Notes: generated from the letters alone by a model not told the origin. Shown: positions 1-14,034, counted from the stretch's first letter. The stretch: 64,000 nucleotides of DNA from Escherichia coli (GCF_011045215.1 NZ_CP049201.1); one strand, 5' to 3'. Translations and numbers: made by a program.

Positions 1-503
1 GTAACAGTAGGAAGCGGATCACTGGAATTCAGGTTGATCTGCATCGATGCCGTGGTGGTAGTTTTCGCTGCCATCAGGGTATTCGGGATCGAAATATTGG
101 TCGGATTCGCCCCTTGCTGAATAGTCGGCGGCGTACCGGTTGCCGGGTAACCCGTCAGCTGTAAACCTTGCATATTCACCAGGTTACGGTTTTCATCCAG
201 CTTAAATTGTCCGTTACGGCTGTAGAACACCGAACCGTTGCTGTCTACCAGACGGAAAAAACCGTTCTGGCTGATAGCAACGTCCAGACCTCGCCCGGTG
301 TTGGTGGTCGTGCCATCGGTAAAGTCCTGAGTGATACCGGCAACTTTTACCCCCAGTCCCACTTTCGAACCGGCAAACATATCGGCAAAAGAGGCCGTGC
401 CTGATTTAAAGCCGTAGGTGGCGGAGTTGGCGATATTGTTGCCAATAACATCGAGGTTGGTGGCGGCAGCGTTTAATCCGCTAACCGCTTGAGAAAAGGC
501 CAT
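1..503 (-). CDS. flgE: flagellar hook protein FlgE, 5' portion (gene runs off the window start)
   Basis: ATG at 501-503 on minus strand; translation begins MAFSQAVSGLNAA..., matching FlgE N-terminus; 24 nt downstream of flgD stop; no stop in window so absent from ORF track. Confidence 0.9.
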   Translation of the reverse strand, partial: MAFSQAVSGLNAAATNLDVIGNNIANSATYGFKSGTASFADMFAGSKVGLGVKVAGITQDFTDGTTTNTGRGLDVAISQNGFFRLVDSNGSVFYSRNGQFKLDENRNLVNMQGLQLTGYPATGTPPTIQQGANPTNISIPNTLMAAKTTTTASMQINLNSSDPLPTV

Positions 504-527
504 GACTGACTCCTGAAATGTGAAGGC

Positions 528-1223
528 TTAAATTATCTGCCGTACTTCGTCGAGGGTGGTGGTGCCGTAAGTGCCGAGATCCAGCGTATTACCGCTGTTG
601 CCGCGGATCACACCCTGCACCAGAGCAAACTGCAGCGGCTGGGCAACCAGTTGTGTACCACCGTTACTGGCGCTAATCGCTACATTGTAAGAACCGTTCG
701 GCGCAGTGCTGCCGTCAGTCAACGTACCGTCCCAGGTGAAACTGTGAACTCCGGCGGTCAGTTCACCAATATCAATGGTGCGCACAACCGCACCATTTTT
801 ATCGGTGATGGTGGCCGTAACTTTGTCTGCCGCCTGTTGCAGCTCAACACCAAACGGCGTGGTCGTGGTCACAGCTCCTTCTTCACTGCCGGTTCCCGCA
901 AGAACAGTGGTGCCGGGGATCATCACGCCGTGACCGATCAGGTTACTGGCCTGTAACGACTGGCTGTTATCAATCTGTCCGGAAATAGATCCGAGTGTGG
1001 TATTGAGTTTTTCAATCCCGCTGACCGTGCTGATTTGTGCCAATTGCGACGTCAGCTCGTTGTTTTCCATTGGATTGGTCGGGTCCTGGTTTTTCAGCTG
1101 CGCCACCAGCAAAGTCAGAAAACTGCTTTGTAAATCTGCGGCGTTGCTGCCCGTGAGCGAACTACTGCTGGTGGTACTGACGCCGGTATTTGTCGGATCG
1201 GTGGTGGTTACCGCAATGGACAT
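528..1223 (-). CDS. flgD: flagellar hook assembly/capping protein FlgD
   Basis: ORF track 231 aa, MSIAVTTTDPTNTGV..., recognised as FlgD; flgB-C-D-E operon order. Confidence 0.95.
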   Translation of the reverse strand: MSIAVTTTDPTNTGVSTTSSSSLTGSNAADLQSSFLTLLVAQLKNQDPTNPMENNELTSQLAQISTVSGIEKLNTTLGSISGQIDNSQSLQASNLIGHGVMIPGTTVLAGTGSEEGAVTTTTPFGVELQQAADKVTATITDKNGAVVRTIDIGELTAGVHSFTWDGTLTDGSTAPNGSYNVAISASNGGTQLVAQPLQFALVQGVIRGNSGNTLDLGTYGTTTLDEVRQII

Positions 1224-1234
1224 AGCTTTCTCCT

Positions 1235-1639
1235 TTATTGACCGAGCGTAAGGGTTTTCAGCATCATGCTTTTCACCGTGTTGAGCACTTCAACGTTGGC
1301 CTGATAGCTGCGTGACGCCGACATGGTGTTAACCATCTCCCCGACGACATCAACGTTCGGCATTTTTACGTAGCCCTTTGCATCTGCCAGCGGATTACCC
1401 GGTTCATAAACCAGTTTGTCCGGGGCCTGACTTTCTATAACATCGGCAACCTTTACGCCGCCTGTCGCAGCACCTGGTGCAGCGTTAACCTGGAATACCA
1501 CCTGTTTTGCCCGATATGGCTGTCCATCAGGACCGGTCACGCTATCAGCATTTGCCAGATTACTGGCCGCCACGTTCAGGCGCTGGGACTGGGCAGTTAA
1601 CGCCGACCCGGCGATATCAAAAATATTCAGCAGTGCCAT
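1235..1639 (-). CDS. flgC: flagellar basal-body rod protein FlgC
   Basis: ORF track 134 aa, [23 protein letters not shown]..., recognised as FlgC. Confidence 0.95.
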
Positions 1640-1642
1640 CCG

Positions 1643-2059
1643 TTAATTTCCGCTCTGTAAAACGTTCATCATGCCTTTGATTTGCCCGCTCAACGCGCTA
1701 AGGCTCATCTGGTATTGCAGGCTGTTATCGGCAAACTGGGTGCGTTCGCGATCCATATCGACGGTATTACCGTCAAGCGAAGGCTGGTCCGGAATACGGT
1801 ATTGCAGTTCTGCGGTAGGAGGCGTCAGCGCCTGCGCCGGGATGTGTTGCGTTGAGGTCATCGTCAGTGCAACCACACTGGTTGCATCCCGTCCACGTTG
1901 CATGACTTTTTTAAGTTCACTGGCAAAATCGATATCGCGCGCCTGATAACCAGGGGTATCGGCATTGGCGATGTTTGCTGCCAGCACTTCCTGACGCTGG
2001 GCGCGCAGATTGAGCGCCTCTTGTTGAAAACGTAAGGCGGCGTCGAGCTTATCGAGCAT
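1643..2059 (-). CDS. flgB: flagellar basal-body rod protein FlgB
   Basis: ORF track 138 aa, [42 protein letters not shown]..., recognised as FlgB. Confidence 0.95.
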
Positions 2060-2213
2060 ATCTCCTCCGCAGGTATCAAAATTCTGCCATCAGCTTAAAT
2101 GCCTTTACGCGCGCGTTATCGGCGGAATAAACGCAAAATGGGTCGCTATTTATGCCGTTGATGACCATTGCGGACAGGTACAATTTACGTTGTAGAAATG
2201 GCTGGGGGGCGAA
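2060..2213. promoter_or_regulatory. divergent flgA / flgBCDE promoter region (class 2 flagellar promoters expected)
   Basis: 154-bp spacer between divergent flgB and flgA starts; role inferred from known flagellar regulon architecture, no motif mapped here. Confidence 0.5.
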
Positions 2214-2874
2214 AATGCTGGCAATAAAACGTAGCGTGGCGATCATTGCGATACTGTTCAGTCCGTTAAGTGCGGCGAGCAATCTCACATCGCAATTGCA
2301 AACCTTTTTTAGCGCCCAGCTCGCGGGGGTAAGTGATGAGGTTCGTGTTTCTATTCGTACAGCGCCCAATCTACTACCGCCGTGCGAGCAGCCATTGCTT
2401 TCGATGAGCAATAATTCCCGCCTGTGGGGCAATGTGAATGTGTTGGCACGCTGCGGTAACGACAAACGATATTTACAGGTTAATGTACAGGCCACAGGAA
2501 ATTTTGTGGTTGCCGCGATGCCCATTGCGCGGGGAGGAAAGCTGGAAGCTGGCAATGTCAAACTGAAACGCGGACGGCTGGATACCCTGCCACCGCGTAC
2601 GGTGCTGGATATCAATCAACTTGTTGATGCCATTAGCCTGCGCGATCTATCACCCGATCAACCAATCCAGTTAACCCAGTTTCGCCAGGCATGGCGGGTA
2701 AAAGCGGGACAACGCGTCAATGTGATCGCCAGCGGTGATGGGTTTAGCGCCAACGCAGAAGGTCAGGCGCTGAACAATGCAGCCGTCGCACAGAATGCGC
2801 GGGTGCGCATGGTATCGGGACAGGTAGTCAGCGGCGTTGTTGATGCAGATGGGAATATTCTTATAAACCTGTAA
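2214..2874 (+). CDS. flgA: flagellar P-ring assembly chaperone FlgA
   Basis: ORF track 2152..2874; in-frame ATG at 2214 gives 219 aa MLAIKRSVAIIAILFSPLSAAS... with signal peptide, FlgA-like. Confidence 0.9.
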
Positions 2875-2879
2875 GCTGT

Positions 2880-2906
2880 TAAAGATTACCCGTCCCTTGC
2901 CGATAA
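2880..2906 (+). promoter_or_regulatory. sigma-28 (FliA) class 3 promoter for flgMN
   Basis: TAAAGATT-N11-GCCGATAA read directly at 2880-2906, near-perfect match to FliA consensus TAAAGTTT-N11-GCCGATAA, 44 nt upstream of flgM ATG. Confidence 0.85.
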
Positions 2907-2949
2907 ATAAGCAACACATGATAAAAGCGCCCTCAATGAGGAATAAACC

Positions 2950-3243
2950 ATGAGTATTGATCGCACTTCGCCTCTGAAGCCTGTAAGCACCGTTCAACCG
3001 CGCGAAACCACTGACGCGCCGGTAACGAACACCCGAGCGGCAAAAACAACAGCCTCCACCAGCACCAGTGTGACGTTAAGCGACGCGCAAGCAAAACTGA
3101 TGCAACCCGGCAGCAGTGATATCAATCTTGAACGTGTCGAAGCGTTAAAACTGGCGATTCGTAACGGTGAACTAAAAATGGACACCGGCAAAATTGCCGA
3201 TGCGCTGATCAACGAAGCGCAGCAAGACTTGCAGAGTAACTGA
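2950..3243 (+). CDS. flgM: anti-sigma-28 factor FlgM
   Basis: ORF track 97 aa, [25 protein letters not shown]..., recognised as FlgM. Confidence 0.95.
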   Translation: MSIDRTSPLKPVSTVQPRETTDAPVTNTRAAKTTASTSTSVTLSDAQAKLMQPGSSDINLERVEALKLAIRNGELKMDTGKIADALINEAQQDLQSN

Positions 3244-3247
3244 TCGT

Positions 3248-3664
3248 ATGACACGTCTTGCAGAGATCCTCGACCAGATGTCCGCTGTGCTTAACGATCT
3301 CAAAACGGTAATGGATCAAGAACAGCAACATCTCTCTATGGGGCAGATCAACGGCAGCCAGTTGCAATGGATTACAGAACAAAAAAGCTCACTGCTGGCG
3401 ACGCTGGATTACCTCGAACAGTTACGCAAGAAAGAACCCAATACAGCAAATAGCGTTGATATTAGTCAACGCTGGCAGGAAATTACTGTGAAAACGCAGC
3501 AACTACGCCAAATGAATCAACATAACGGCTGGTTACTGGAAGGACAGATTGAGCGCAATCAACAGGCGCTGGAAATGTTGAAACCGCATCAGGAACCGAC
3601 GCTATATGGGGCGAACGGTCAGACCTCAACAACCCATCGCGGCGGTAAAAAGATTTCGATCTGA
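3248..3664 (+). CDS. flgN: flagellar export chaperone FlgN
   Basis: ORF track 138 aa, MTRLAEILDQMSAVLNDLKTVMDQEQQHLS..., recognised as FlgN; 4 nt after flgM. Confidence 0.95.
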   Translation: MTRLAEILDQMSAVLNDLKTVMDQEQQHLSMGQINGSQLQWITEQKSSLLATLDYLEQLRKKEPNTANSVDISQRWQEITVKTQQLRQMNQHNGWLLEGQIERNQQALEMLKPHQEPTLYGANGQTSTTHRGGKKISI

Positions 3665-3673
3665 ATATTATCT

Positions 3674-3694
3674 CCGGCCTGCACTGCAGGCCGG
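3674..3694. terminator. bidirectional hairpin between convergent flgN and murJ
   Basis: inverted repeat CCGGCCTGCA/CTGCAGGCCGG in the 39-nt gap between the two convergent stop codons. Confidence 0.6.
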
Positions 3695-3703
3695 AATGCA
3701 TTG

Positions 3704-5326
<1,623 letters not shown>

Positions 5327-5348
5327 CTACCGCCAGATGTTACAGGGT

Positions 5349-6272
5349 TTATTCACTCATCGCATCGCGCCAGATCTTGTCAACGATACGTTGCGCCAGC
5401 ACGGCCTGTTCGCCGGCGGTTTGCGGAACTGTCTGATTTTGCACACATTCAATGAAGTGCCGCGCACAGCCGACAAATCCACGTTGTTCAAGAGTGCTCT
5501 GCCAACCAGGAATCGGTTTATGCACTACGCCCTGCCCGCGCTCCTCACGCCATTCGCGCATATCCGTAATGTCGATGAGCGCACCGTCAGTCACGGCCTG
5601 CACGGTTTCACGCTGACTTCCGGCACGGCGATGCATACAGGTGGTGATCTGCAAAGGACCAGCCGAAAAATGGTGCTCGGCAAACAGCATTTCGCCAGCG
5701 TCGTTAGTCAGTAGCGTACCGCCATCCAGAGAGGCTTTGCCACCCGACAACCACAGCGCGGTATCCACCACATGCAGATAATCATCCAGCAACGTGAAAT
5801 AAAGATCGTGTGGCCCGACGCTATTGCTACGATGTTTATCCATTCTTAGCGAAGCTGCGGTGGCGAGTTGCGTTTTTAACTCTCCGTAGAGTGGTGCGAA
5901 ACGACGGTTAAAACCGACCATCAACGTCAGTTTTTTCCGCGCCGCCAGTTCCACCAGCCGTTCAGCATCGCGCAGATTTTCTGCCAGCGGTTTATCGACA
6001 CAGACATGTACCCCCGCATTGAGTAACGTACTGACCACGTCAAAGTGGCTGGCGGTGCTGGAATGCACAAAAACCGCATCGCAACTGGCGGCAAGGCTGG
6101 ATAACGAATCGGCATAAGGAATGCGCCAGCTTTCACAAATTGGCAGGGCTTTCGCGCGCGTAGGCGACCAGGCTCCTTGTAACATCCAGTCAGACGCTGC
6201 CGCCAGCACCGGTAACCACGCTTTTTGCGCAATGCCGCCTAATCCCACAACGCCGATACGTAATTTTTTCAC
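5349..6272 (-). CDS. yceM: Gfo/Idh/MocA-family oxidoreductase YceM (MviM)
   Basis: ORF track 5349..6305; in-frame Val codon at residue 12 (probable GTG start) gives 307 aa KKLRIGVVGLGGIAQKAWLPV...; start choice uncertain. Confidence 0.85.
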   Translation of the reverse strand: MKKLRIGVVGLGGIAQKAWLPVLAAASDWMLQGAWSPTRAKALPICESWRIPYADSLSSLAASCDAVFVHSSTASHFDVVSTLLNAGVHVCVDKPLAENLRDAERLVELAARKKLTLMVGFNRRFAPLYGELKTQLATAASLRMDKHRSNSVGPHDLYFTLLDDYLHVVDTALWLSGGKASLDGGTLLTNDAGEMLFAEHHFSAGPLQITTCMHRRAGSQRETVQAVTDGALIDITDMREWREERGQGVVHKPIPGWQSTLEQRGFVGCARHFIECVQNQTVPQTAGEQAVLAQRIVDKIWRDAMSE

Positions 6273-6273
6273 T

Positions 6274-7516
<1,243 letters not shown>

Positions 7517-7751
7517 TCTATACCTACTCCTTCCCGTAACGTCTTTAATACGCTGTAAGTATTACTATACCTGCGCAACCAGACCCTGTGAAAAGTCCAA
7601 AATGCCATTTTCTGCATTATTCACATATTTGATAAAAACTCTCTATCAAAGCGACGTTTTGATAAAAAAATATTGTCCCCTAAGTGATGGGAAAAGTCTT
7701 AGCGGCAATGCAGAATAGAAAGTGCTCATCTTTTATTTCCCGGGAGGGGAA

Positions 7752-8960
7752 ATGTCCCGCGTATCGCAGGCGAGGAACCTGGGTAAATATTTCCTGCTCA
7801 TCGATAATATGCTGGTCGTGCTGGGGTTCTTTGTTGTCTTCCCGCTGATCTCTATCCGCTTCGTTGATCAAATGGGCTGGGCCGCCGTCATGGTCGGTAT
7901 TGCTCTCGGTCTACGCCAGTTTATTCAGCAAGGTCTGGGTATTTTCGGCGGCGCAATTGCCGACCGCTTTGGTGCCAAACCGATGATTGTTACCGGTATG
8001 CTGATGCGCGCCGCCGGATTCGCCACAATGGGTATCGCCCACGAACCGTGGCTATTGTGGTTTTCATGCCTGCTCTCGGGACTCGGCGGCACGTTGTTTG
8101 ATCCGCCGCGTTCGGCGCTGGTGGTGAAACTAATCCGTCCACAACAACGTGGTCGTTTTTTCTCGCTGTTGATGATGCAGGACAGTGCCGGTGCGGTCAT
8201 TGGCGCATTGTTGGGGAGCTGGCTGTTGCAATACGACTTTCGCCTGGTCTGCGCCACAGGGGCCGTTTTGTTTGTGCTGTGTGCGGCGTTCAATGCGTGG
8301 TTGTTACCGGCATGGAAACTCTCCACCGTACGCACGCCCGTTCGCGAAGGCATGACCCGCGTGATGCGTGACAAGCGTTTTGTCACCTATGTCCTGACGC
8401 TGGCGGGTTACTACATGCTGGCTGTACAAGTGATGCTGATGCTGCCAATTATGGTCAACGACGTGGCTGGCGCACCCTCTGCCGTTAAATGGATGTATGC
8501 CATTGAAGCGTGTCTGTCGTTAACGTTGCTCTACCCTATCGCCCGCTGGAGTGAAAAGCATTTTCGTCTGGAACACCGGTTGATGGCTGGGCTGTTGATA
8601 ATGTCATTAAGCATGATGCCGGTGGGCATGGTCAGCGGCCTGCAACAACTTTTCACCCTGATTTGTCTGTTTTATATCGGGTCGATCATTGCCGAGCCTG
8701 CGCGTGAAACCTTAAGTGCTTCGCTGGCGGACGCAAGAGCTCGCGGCAGCTATATGGGGTTTAGCCGTCTGGGTCTGGCGATTGGCGGCGCTATTGGTTA
8801 TATCGGTGGTGGCTGGCTGTTTGACCTGGGCAAATCGGCGCACCAGCCAGAGCTTCCGTGGATGATGCTGGGCATTATTGGCATCTTCACTTTCCTTGCG
8901 CTGGGTTGGCAGTTTAGCCAGAAACGTGCCGCGCGTCGTTTGCTGGAACGCGACGCCTGA
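7752..8960 (+). CDS. mdtH: MFS multidrug efflux transporter MdtH
   Basis: ORF track 7722..8960; ATG at 7752 gives 402 aa [27 protein letters not shown]... Confidence 0.92.
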
Positions 8961-9023
8961 TTTGATACTCCCCCCTGACTCCTCCATACTGAAAGTGAAC
9001 TGACAGCCAAATGGAGGAGTCAC

Positions 9024-9671
9024 GTGAAGCTATACATTTACGATCACTGCCCTTACTGCCTCAAAGCCCGCATGATTTTCGGCCTGAAAAATATCCCCGT
9101 CGAATTACATGTTCTGCTCAACGACGACGCAGAAACACCCACCCGGATGGTCGGTCAAAAACAGGTTCCCATTCTGCAAAAAGATGACAGCCGCTATATG
9201 CCAGAAAGCATGGATATCGTTCACTATGTCGATAAACTCGACGGCAAACCGTTACTGACCGGCAAACGTTCCCCTGCAATTGAAGAGTGGCTGCGCAAGG
9301 TCAATGGCTACGCCAACAAACTGCTGTTGCCGCGTTTTGCCAAATCGGCATTTGATGAGTTTTCTACTCCCGCCGCGCGCAAATATTTCGTCGACAAGAA
9401 AGAGGCCAGCGCGGGTAATTTTGCCGACCTGCTGGCCCACTCTGACGGTCTGATTAAGAATATCAGCGATGATTTACGTGCGCTGGACAAACTGATCGTC
9501 AAACCGAACGCCGTGAATGGCGAACTTTCGGAAGATGATATTCAGCTATTTCCACTACTGCGTAATCTGACGCTGGTAGCCGGAATCAACTGGCCAAGCC
9601 GCGTTGCTGATTACCGCGATAATATGGCGAAACAGACACAAATCAATTTGTTATCCTCAATGGCGATTTAA
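9024..9671 (+). CDS. grxB: glutaredoxin 2 GrxB
   Basis: ORF track 215 aa, MKLYIYDHCPYCLKARMIFGLKNIPVELHV... with CPYC active site; apparent GTG start preceded by GGAGG. Confidence 0.93.
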   Translation: MKLYIYDHCPYCLKARMIFGLKNIPVELHVLLNDDAETPTRMVGQKQVPILQKDDSRYMPESMDIVHYVDKLDGKPLLTGKRSPAIEEWLRKVNGYANKLLLPRFAKSAFDEFSTPAARKYFVDKKEASAGNFADLLAHSDGLIKNISDDLRALDKLIVKPNAVNGELSEDDIQLFPLLRNLTLVAGINWPSRVADYRDNMAKQTQINLLSSMAI

Positions 9672-9804
9672 TCCTGACCCGCCGCGGCAGCCTGTATTCG
9701 CGGGTTGCCGCCGTTTTCAGTTTTTTCTGCTGGCGAGTTTATCGCTGGTGACACATGCTGCGTTGTGTCAGGATATTGACGCAGATTTCATGTCGAGGAC
9801 TACC

Positions 9805-10365
9805 ATGAACAAGTTTTTATTTGCCGCTGCATTGATCGTCAGTGGCCTGCTCGTTGGCTGTAATCAACTCACCCAATACACCATCACCGAACAAGAAATT
9901 AACCAGTCGCTTGCGAAACATAATAATTTCTCAAAAGATATCGGTTTACCCGGCGTGGCTGACGCCCATATTGTTCTGACAAACTTGACCAGCCAAATTG
10001 GTCGCGAAGAGCCGAATAAGGTTACCCTAACCGGAGACGCCAATCTGGACATGAACTCCCTGTTCGGTAGTCAGAAAGCGACCATGAAACTGAAGCTGAA
10101 AGCGCTGCCCGTGTTTGATAAAGAAAAAGGTGCGATCTTCCTGAAAGAGATGGAAGTGGTCGATGCGACGGTACAACCGGAAAAAATGCAAACGGTGATG
10201 CAAACGTTGCTTCCCTATTTGAACCAGGCATTACGCAATTACTTTAACCAGCAACCTGCTTACGTCCTGCGCGAAGATGGCAGTCAGGGCGAAGCAATGG
10301 CGAAAAAACTGGCGAAAGGCATTGAAGTGAAGCCAGGCGAAATTGTCATTCCGTTTACGGATTAA
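9805..10365 (+). CDS. yceB: lipoprotein YceB
   Basis: ORF track 9604..10365; ATG at 9805 gives 186 aa MNKFLFAAALIVSGLLVGC... (lipobox LVGC); the upstream part of the ORF overlaps the grxB 3' end. Confidence 0.9.
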   Translation: MNKFLFAAALIVSGLLVGCNQLTQYTITEQEINQSLAKHNNFSKDIGLPGVADAHIVLTNLTSQIGREEPNKVTLTGDANLDMNSLFGSQKATMKLKLKALPVFDKEKGAIFLKEMEVVDATVQPEKMQTVMQTLLPYLNQALRNYFNQQPAYVLREDGSQGEAMAKKLAKGIEVKPGEIVIPFTD

Positions 10366-10470
10366 TGACGAGGGCGCATTCGCGCCCTTTATTTTTCGTG
10401 CAAAGGAAAACGTTTCCGCTTATCCTTTGTGTCCGGCAAAAACATCCCTTCAGCCGGAGCATAGAGATTA

Positions 10471-11517
10471 ATGACTGCACCATCCCAGGTATTAAAGATC
10501 CGCCGCCCAGACGACTGGCACCTTCACCTCCGCGATGGCGACATGTTAAAAACTGTCGTGCCGTATACCAGCGAAATTTATGGACGGGCTATTGTAATGC
10601 CCAATCTGGCTCCGCCCGTGACCACTGTTGAGGCTGCCGTGGCGTATCGCCAGCGTATTCTTGATGCCGTACCTGCCGGGCACGATTTCACCCCATTGAT
10701 GACCTGTTATTTAACAGATTCGCTGGATCCTAATGAGCTGGAGCGCGGATTTAATGAAGGCGTGTTCACCGCTGCAAAACTTTACCCGGCAAACGCAACC
10801 ACTAACTCCAGCCACGGCGTGACGTCAATTGACGCAATCATGCCGGTACTTGAGCGCATGGAAAAAATCGGTATGCCGCTACTGGTGCATGGTGAAGTGA
10901 CACATGCAGATATCGACATTTTTGATCGTGAAGCGCGCTTTATAGAAAGCGTGATGGAACCTCTGCGCCAGCGCCTGACTGCGCTGAAAGTCGTTTTTGA
11001 GCACATCACCACCAAAGATGCTGCCGACTATGTCCGTGACGGAAATGAACGGCTGGCTGCCACCATCACTCCGCAGCATCTGATGTTTAACCGCAACCAT
11101 ATGCTGGTTGGTGGCGTGCGTCCGCACCTGTATTGTTTACCCATCCTCAAACGCAATATTCACCAACAGGCATTGCGTGAACTGGTCGCCAGCGGTTTTA
11201 ATCGAGTATTCCTCGGTACGGATTCTGCGCCACATGCACGTCATCGCAAAGAGAGCAGTTGCGGCTGCGCGGGCTGCTTCAACGCCCCAACCGCGCTGGG
11301 CAGTTACGCTACCGTCTTTGAAGAGATGAATGCTCTGCAGCACTTTGAAGCATTCTGTTCTGTAAACGGCCCGCAGTTCTATGGCTTGCCGGTCAACGAC
11401 ACATTCATCGAACTGGTACGTGAAGAGCAACAGGTTGCTGAAAGCATCGCACTGACTGATGACACCCTGGTGCCATTCCTCGCCGGGGAAACGGTACGCT
11501 GGTCCGTTAAACAATAA
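10471..11517 (+). CDS. pyrC: dihydroorotase PyrC
   Basis: ORF track 348 aa, [29 protein letters not shown]... Confidence 0.95.
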
Positions 11518-11551
11518 AAATCGTAGCTTCCTGTTGTCATTAGGTTATTTT

Positions 11552-11571
11552 ACCTGTATAAATAACCAGTA
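11552..11571 (+). promoter_or_regulatory. LexA (SOS) box upstream of dinI
   Basis: ACCTGTATAAATAACCAGTA read about 20 nt upstream of dinI ATG; fits CTGT-N8-ACAG-type LexA operator with one deviation (CCAG). Confidence 0.7.
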
Positions 11572-11590
11572 TATTCAACAGGGGGCTATT

Positions 11591-11836
11591 ATGCGAATTG
11601 AAGTCACCATAGCGAAAACTTCTCCATTGCCAGCTGGGGCTATTGACGCCCTGGCTGGCGAACTTTCCCGCCGTATTCAGTATGCGTTTCCTGATAATGA
11701 AGGCCACGTATCGGTACGTTATGCCGCAGCGAATAATTTATCGGTTATTGGCGCAACAAAAGAAGATAAACAGCGCATTAGCGAAATTCTCCAGGAAACG
11801 TGGGAAAGCGCCGATGACTGGTTTGTCAGCGAATAA
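11591..11836 (+). CDS. dinI: DNA damage-inducible protein DinI
   Basis: in-frame ATG at 11591 inside ORF 11459..11836 gives 81 aa MRIEVTIAKTSPLPAGAIDALAGELSRRIQYAFPDNEGHVSVRY... Confidence 0.93.
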   Translation: MRIEVTIAKTSPLPAGAIDALAGELSRRIQYAFPDNEGHVSVRYAAANNLSVIGATKEDKQRISEILQETWESADDWFVSE

Positions 11837-11856
11837 TATGCAGTGATTTTTGTTTT

Positions 11857-11886
11857 TGCCGGGTCGCCCCGGCTTTTTTATTTTAC
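11857..11886 (+). terminator. rho-independent terminator after dinI
   Basis: GC hairpin GCCGGGTCGCCCCGGC followed by TTTTTTATTTT. Confidence 0.7.
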
Positions 11887-12125
11887 TTACAAATTTTGAG
11901 TACAAAATTTCTACACTTCCTCAAAATAATTGCACAATATGCTAAAAAAATATGAATGACATGCTGTTTTATTGTTCATATAAATCTTAAAAGCAGAAAT
12001 TTATCTGTTCCCCCCTTTAAAAATTCGGTGAATACCCTTACTTATTGGTATACTGAAGTTGCTTCAGATAAAAACGCATTGAACCTCGAATAACGTTGTC
12101 TAGTAACACGAATTAGGGGGCCATG

Positions 12126-12380
12126 ATGGAAAAAAATAATGAAGTCATTCAGACTCATCCGCTCGTAGGGTGGGACATCAGCACCGTTGATAGCTATGAT
12201 GCGCTGATGTTGCGTTTGCACTACCAGACCCCAAATAAGTCCGAGCAGGAAGGGACTGAAGTTGGTCAGACGCTCTGGTTAACCACTGATGTTGCCAGAC
12301 AATTTATTTCGATATTAGAAGCAGGAATCGCCAAAATTGAATCCGGTGATTTCCCGGAAAACGAGTATCGGCGTCATTAA
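12126..12380 (+). CDS. bssS: biofilm regulator BssS (YceP)
   Basis: ORF track 12123..12380; 84 aa from second Met MEKNNEVIQTHPLVGWDISTVDSYDALMLRLHYQ... Confidence 0.9.
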   Translation: MEKNNEVIQTHPLVGWDISTVDSYDALMLRLHYQTPNKSEQEGTEVGQTLWLTTDVARQFISILEAGIAKIESGDFPENEYRRH

Positions 12381-12494
12381 CATGACATGACCATCCACCC
12401 AAAAGGCACCTCACCGGTGCCTTTACCATTTCTGGGTTGTATATCTGCATTCAGTTAATTACTCTGCTTAAACCATGAGAGCAGAGAGAAAAAA

Positions 12495-13613
12495 ATGAAA
12501 TACGATCTCATCATTATTGGCAGCGGTTCCGTAGGCGCTGCCGCCGGGTATTATGCAACCCGCGCCGGTTTAAACGTGCTAATGACCGACGCCCATATGC
12601 CACCGCATCAACACGGCAGCCACCATGGCGATACGCGATTAATTCGCCATGCTTATGGTGAAGGCGAAAAGTATGTCCCGCTGGTCCTCCGCGCGCAAAC
12701 GCTGTGGGATGAACTTTCCCGCCACAACGAAGATGATCCCATTTTTGTACGCTCTGGTGTCATTAACCTCGGCCCGGCTGACTCCGCATTTCTCGCCAAC
12801 GTCGCCCACAGCGCCGAACAGTGGCAACTCAACGTTGAAAAGCTCGATGCGCAAGGGATTATGGCCCGCTGGCCAGAAATACGCGTCCCGGACAACTACA
12901 TCGGCTTATTTGAGACTGATTCCGGTTTTTTGCGCAGCGAACTGGCGATTAAAACCTGGATCCAACTGGCGAAGGAAGCGGGCTGTGCGCAACTGTTCAA
13001 CTGCCCGGTCACCGTAATTCGTCATGACGATGATGGCGTAACTATTGAAACGGTTGACGGTGAGTATCAGGCGAAAAAAGCGATTGTCTGCGCGGGAACA
13101 TGGGTAAAAGACCTGCTCCCGGAGCTGCCTGTCCAGCCCGTACGTAAAGTATTTGCCTGGTATCAGGCCGATGGCCGCTATAGCGTGAAGAATAAATTCC
13201 CGGCGTTTACCGGTGAACTGCCCAATGGCGATCAATATTATGGTTTTCCGGCAGAAAACGACGCGTTGAAGATTGGCAAACATAACGGAGGCCAGGTTAT
13301 CCATTCAGCGGATGAACGTGTTCCGTTTGCGGAAGTGGTCAGCGATGGTTCGGAAGCCTTCCCGTTCTTGCGCAATGTATTGCCGGGTATCGGTTGCTGC
13401 CTGTACGGCGCTGCCTGCACCTATGATAATTCGCCTGACGAAGATTTTATTATCGATACCCTACCCGGCCACGATAATACACTGCTCATTACCGGCCTGA
13501 GTGGGCACGGTTTTAAATTTGCGTCAGTTTTAGGGGAAATAGCTGCCGATTTTGCGCAAGACAAAAAAAGCGATTTTGATTTGACGCCATTCAGGCTTTC
13601 CCGCTTCCAATAA
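12495..13613 (+). CDS. solA: N-methyl-L-tryptophan oxidase SolA
   Basis: ORF track 372 aa, [32 protein letters not shown]... with FAD-binding GSGSVG motif. Confidence 0.95.
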
Positions 13614-13621
13614 TCATCATT

Positions 13622-13650
13622 ACGGCCTCCAGAATGAGGCCGTTTTTACA
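13622..13650 (+). terminator. rho-independent terminator after solA
   Basis: hairpin CGGCCTC-N7-GAGGCCG followed by TTTTT. Confidence 0.65.
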
Positions 13651-13660
13651 GGAGTATTTA

Positions 13661-13774
13661 ATGCGTCGGCTGTTGCACTATCTCATCAATAATATTCGCG
13701 AGCATCTGATGCTTTATCTTTTTCTCTGGGGATTGTTGGCAATTATGGATCTGATCTATGTGTTTTATTTTTAG
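13661..13774 (+). CDS. yceO: small protein YceO (37 codons as read)
   Basis: short ORF below the ORF-track cutoff, [37 protein letters not shown], between solA and yceJ; identity from recollection, boundaries approximate. Confidence 0.5.
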
Positions 13775-14034
13775 TTTTCCGCACTGACATAAACTGACAA
13801 ATATTTAATCTCCCTTTCATTTGGCGTGAAAAATTGAATGAGATTATTCCTGCTTCTACAGCACTCACCAGACATCTCTGATGCTGAACCCACTAAACTT
13901 ATGAAGATTCTTTCATTATTAATTCAAAATTATTGAAATAAAAATAAATATCATTCAATTTGTTATTTTTGTGTTGCAATTCATTCTCCGACACGCCATT
14001 TTCTTTCTCTCGCAAATTCGTATTGGATGCACTT

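Noticed and set aside
2076-2615. 179-aa minus-strand ORF overlapping flgA
   Set aside because: Antisense to flgA, Arg/Ser-rich, no start context; shadow ORF
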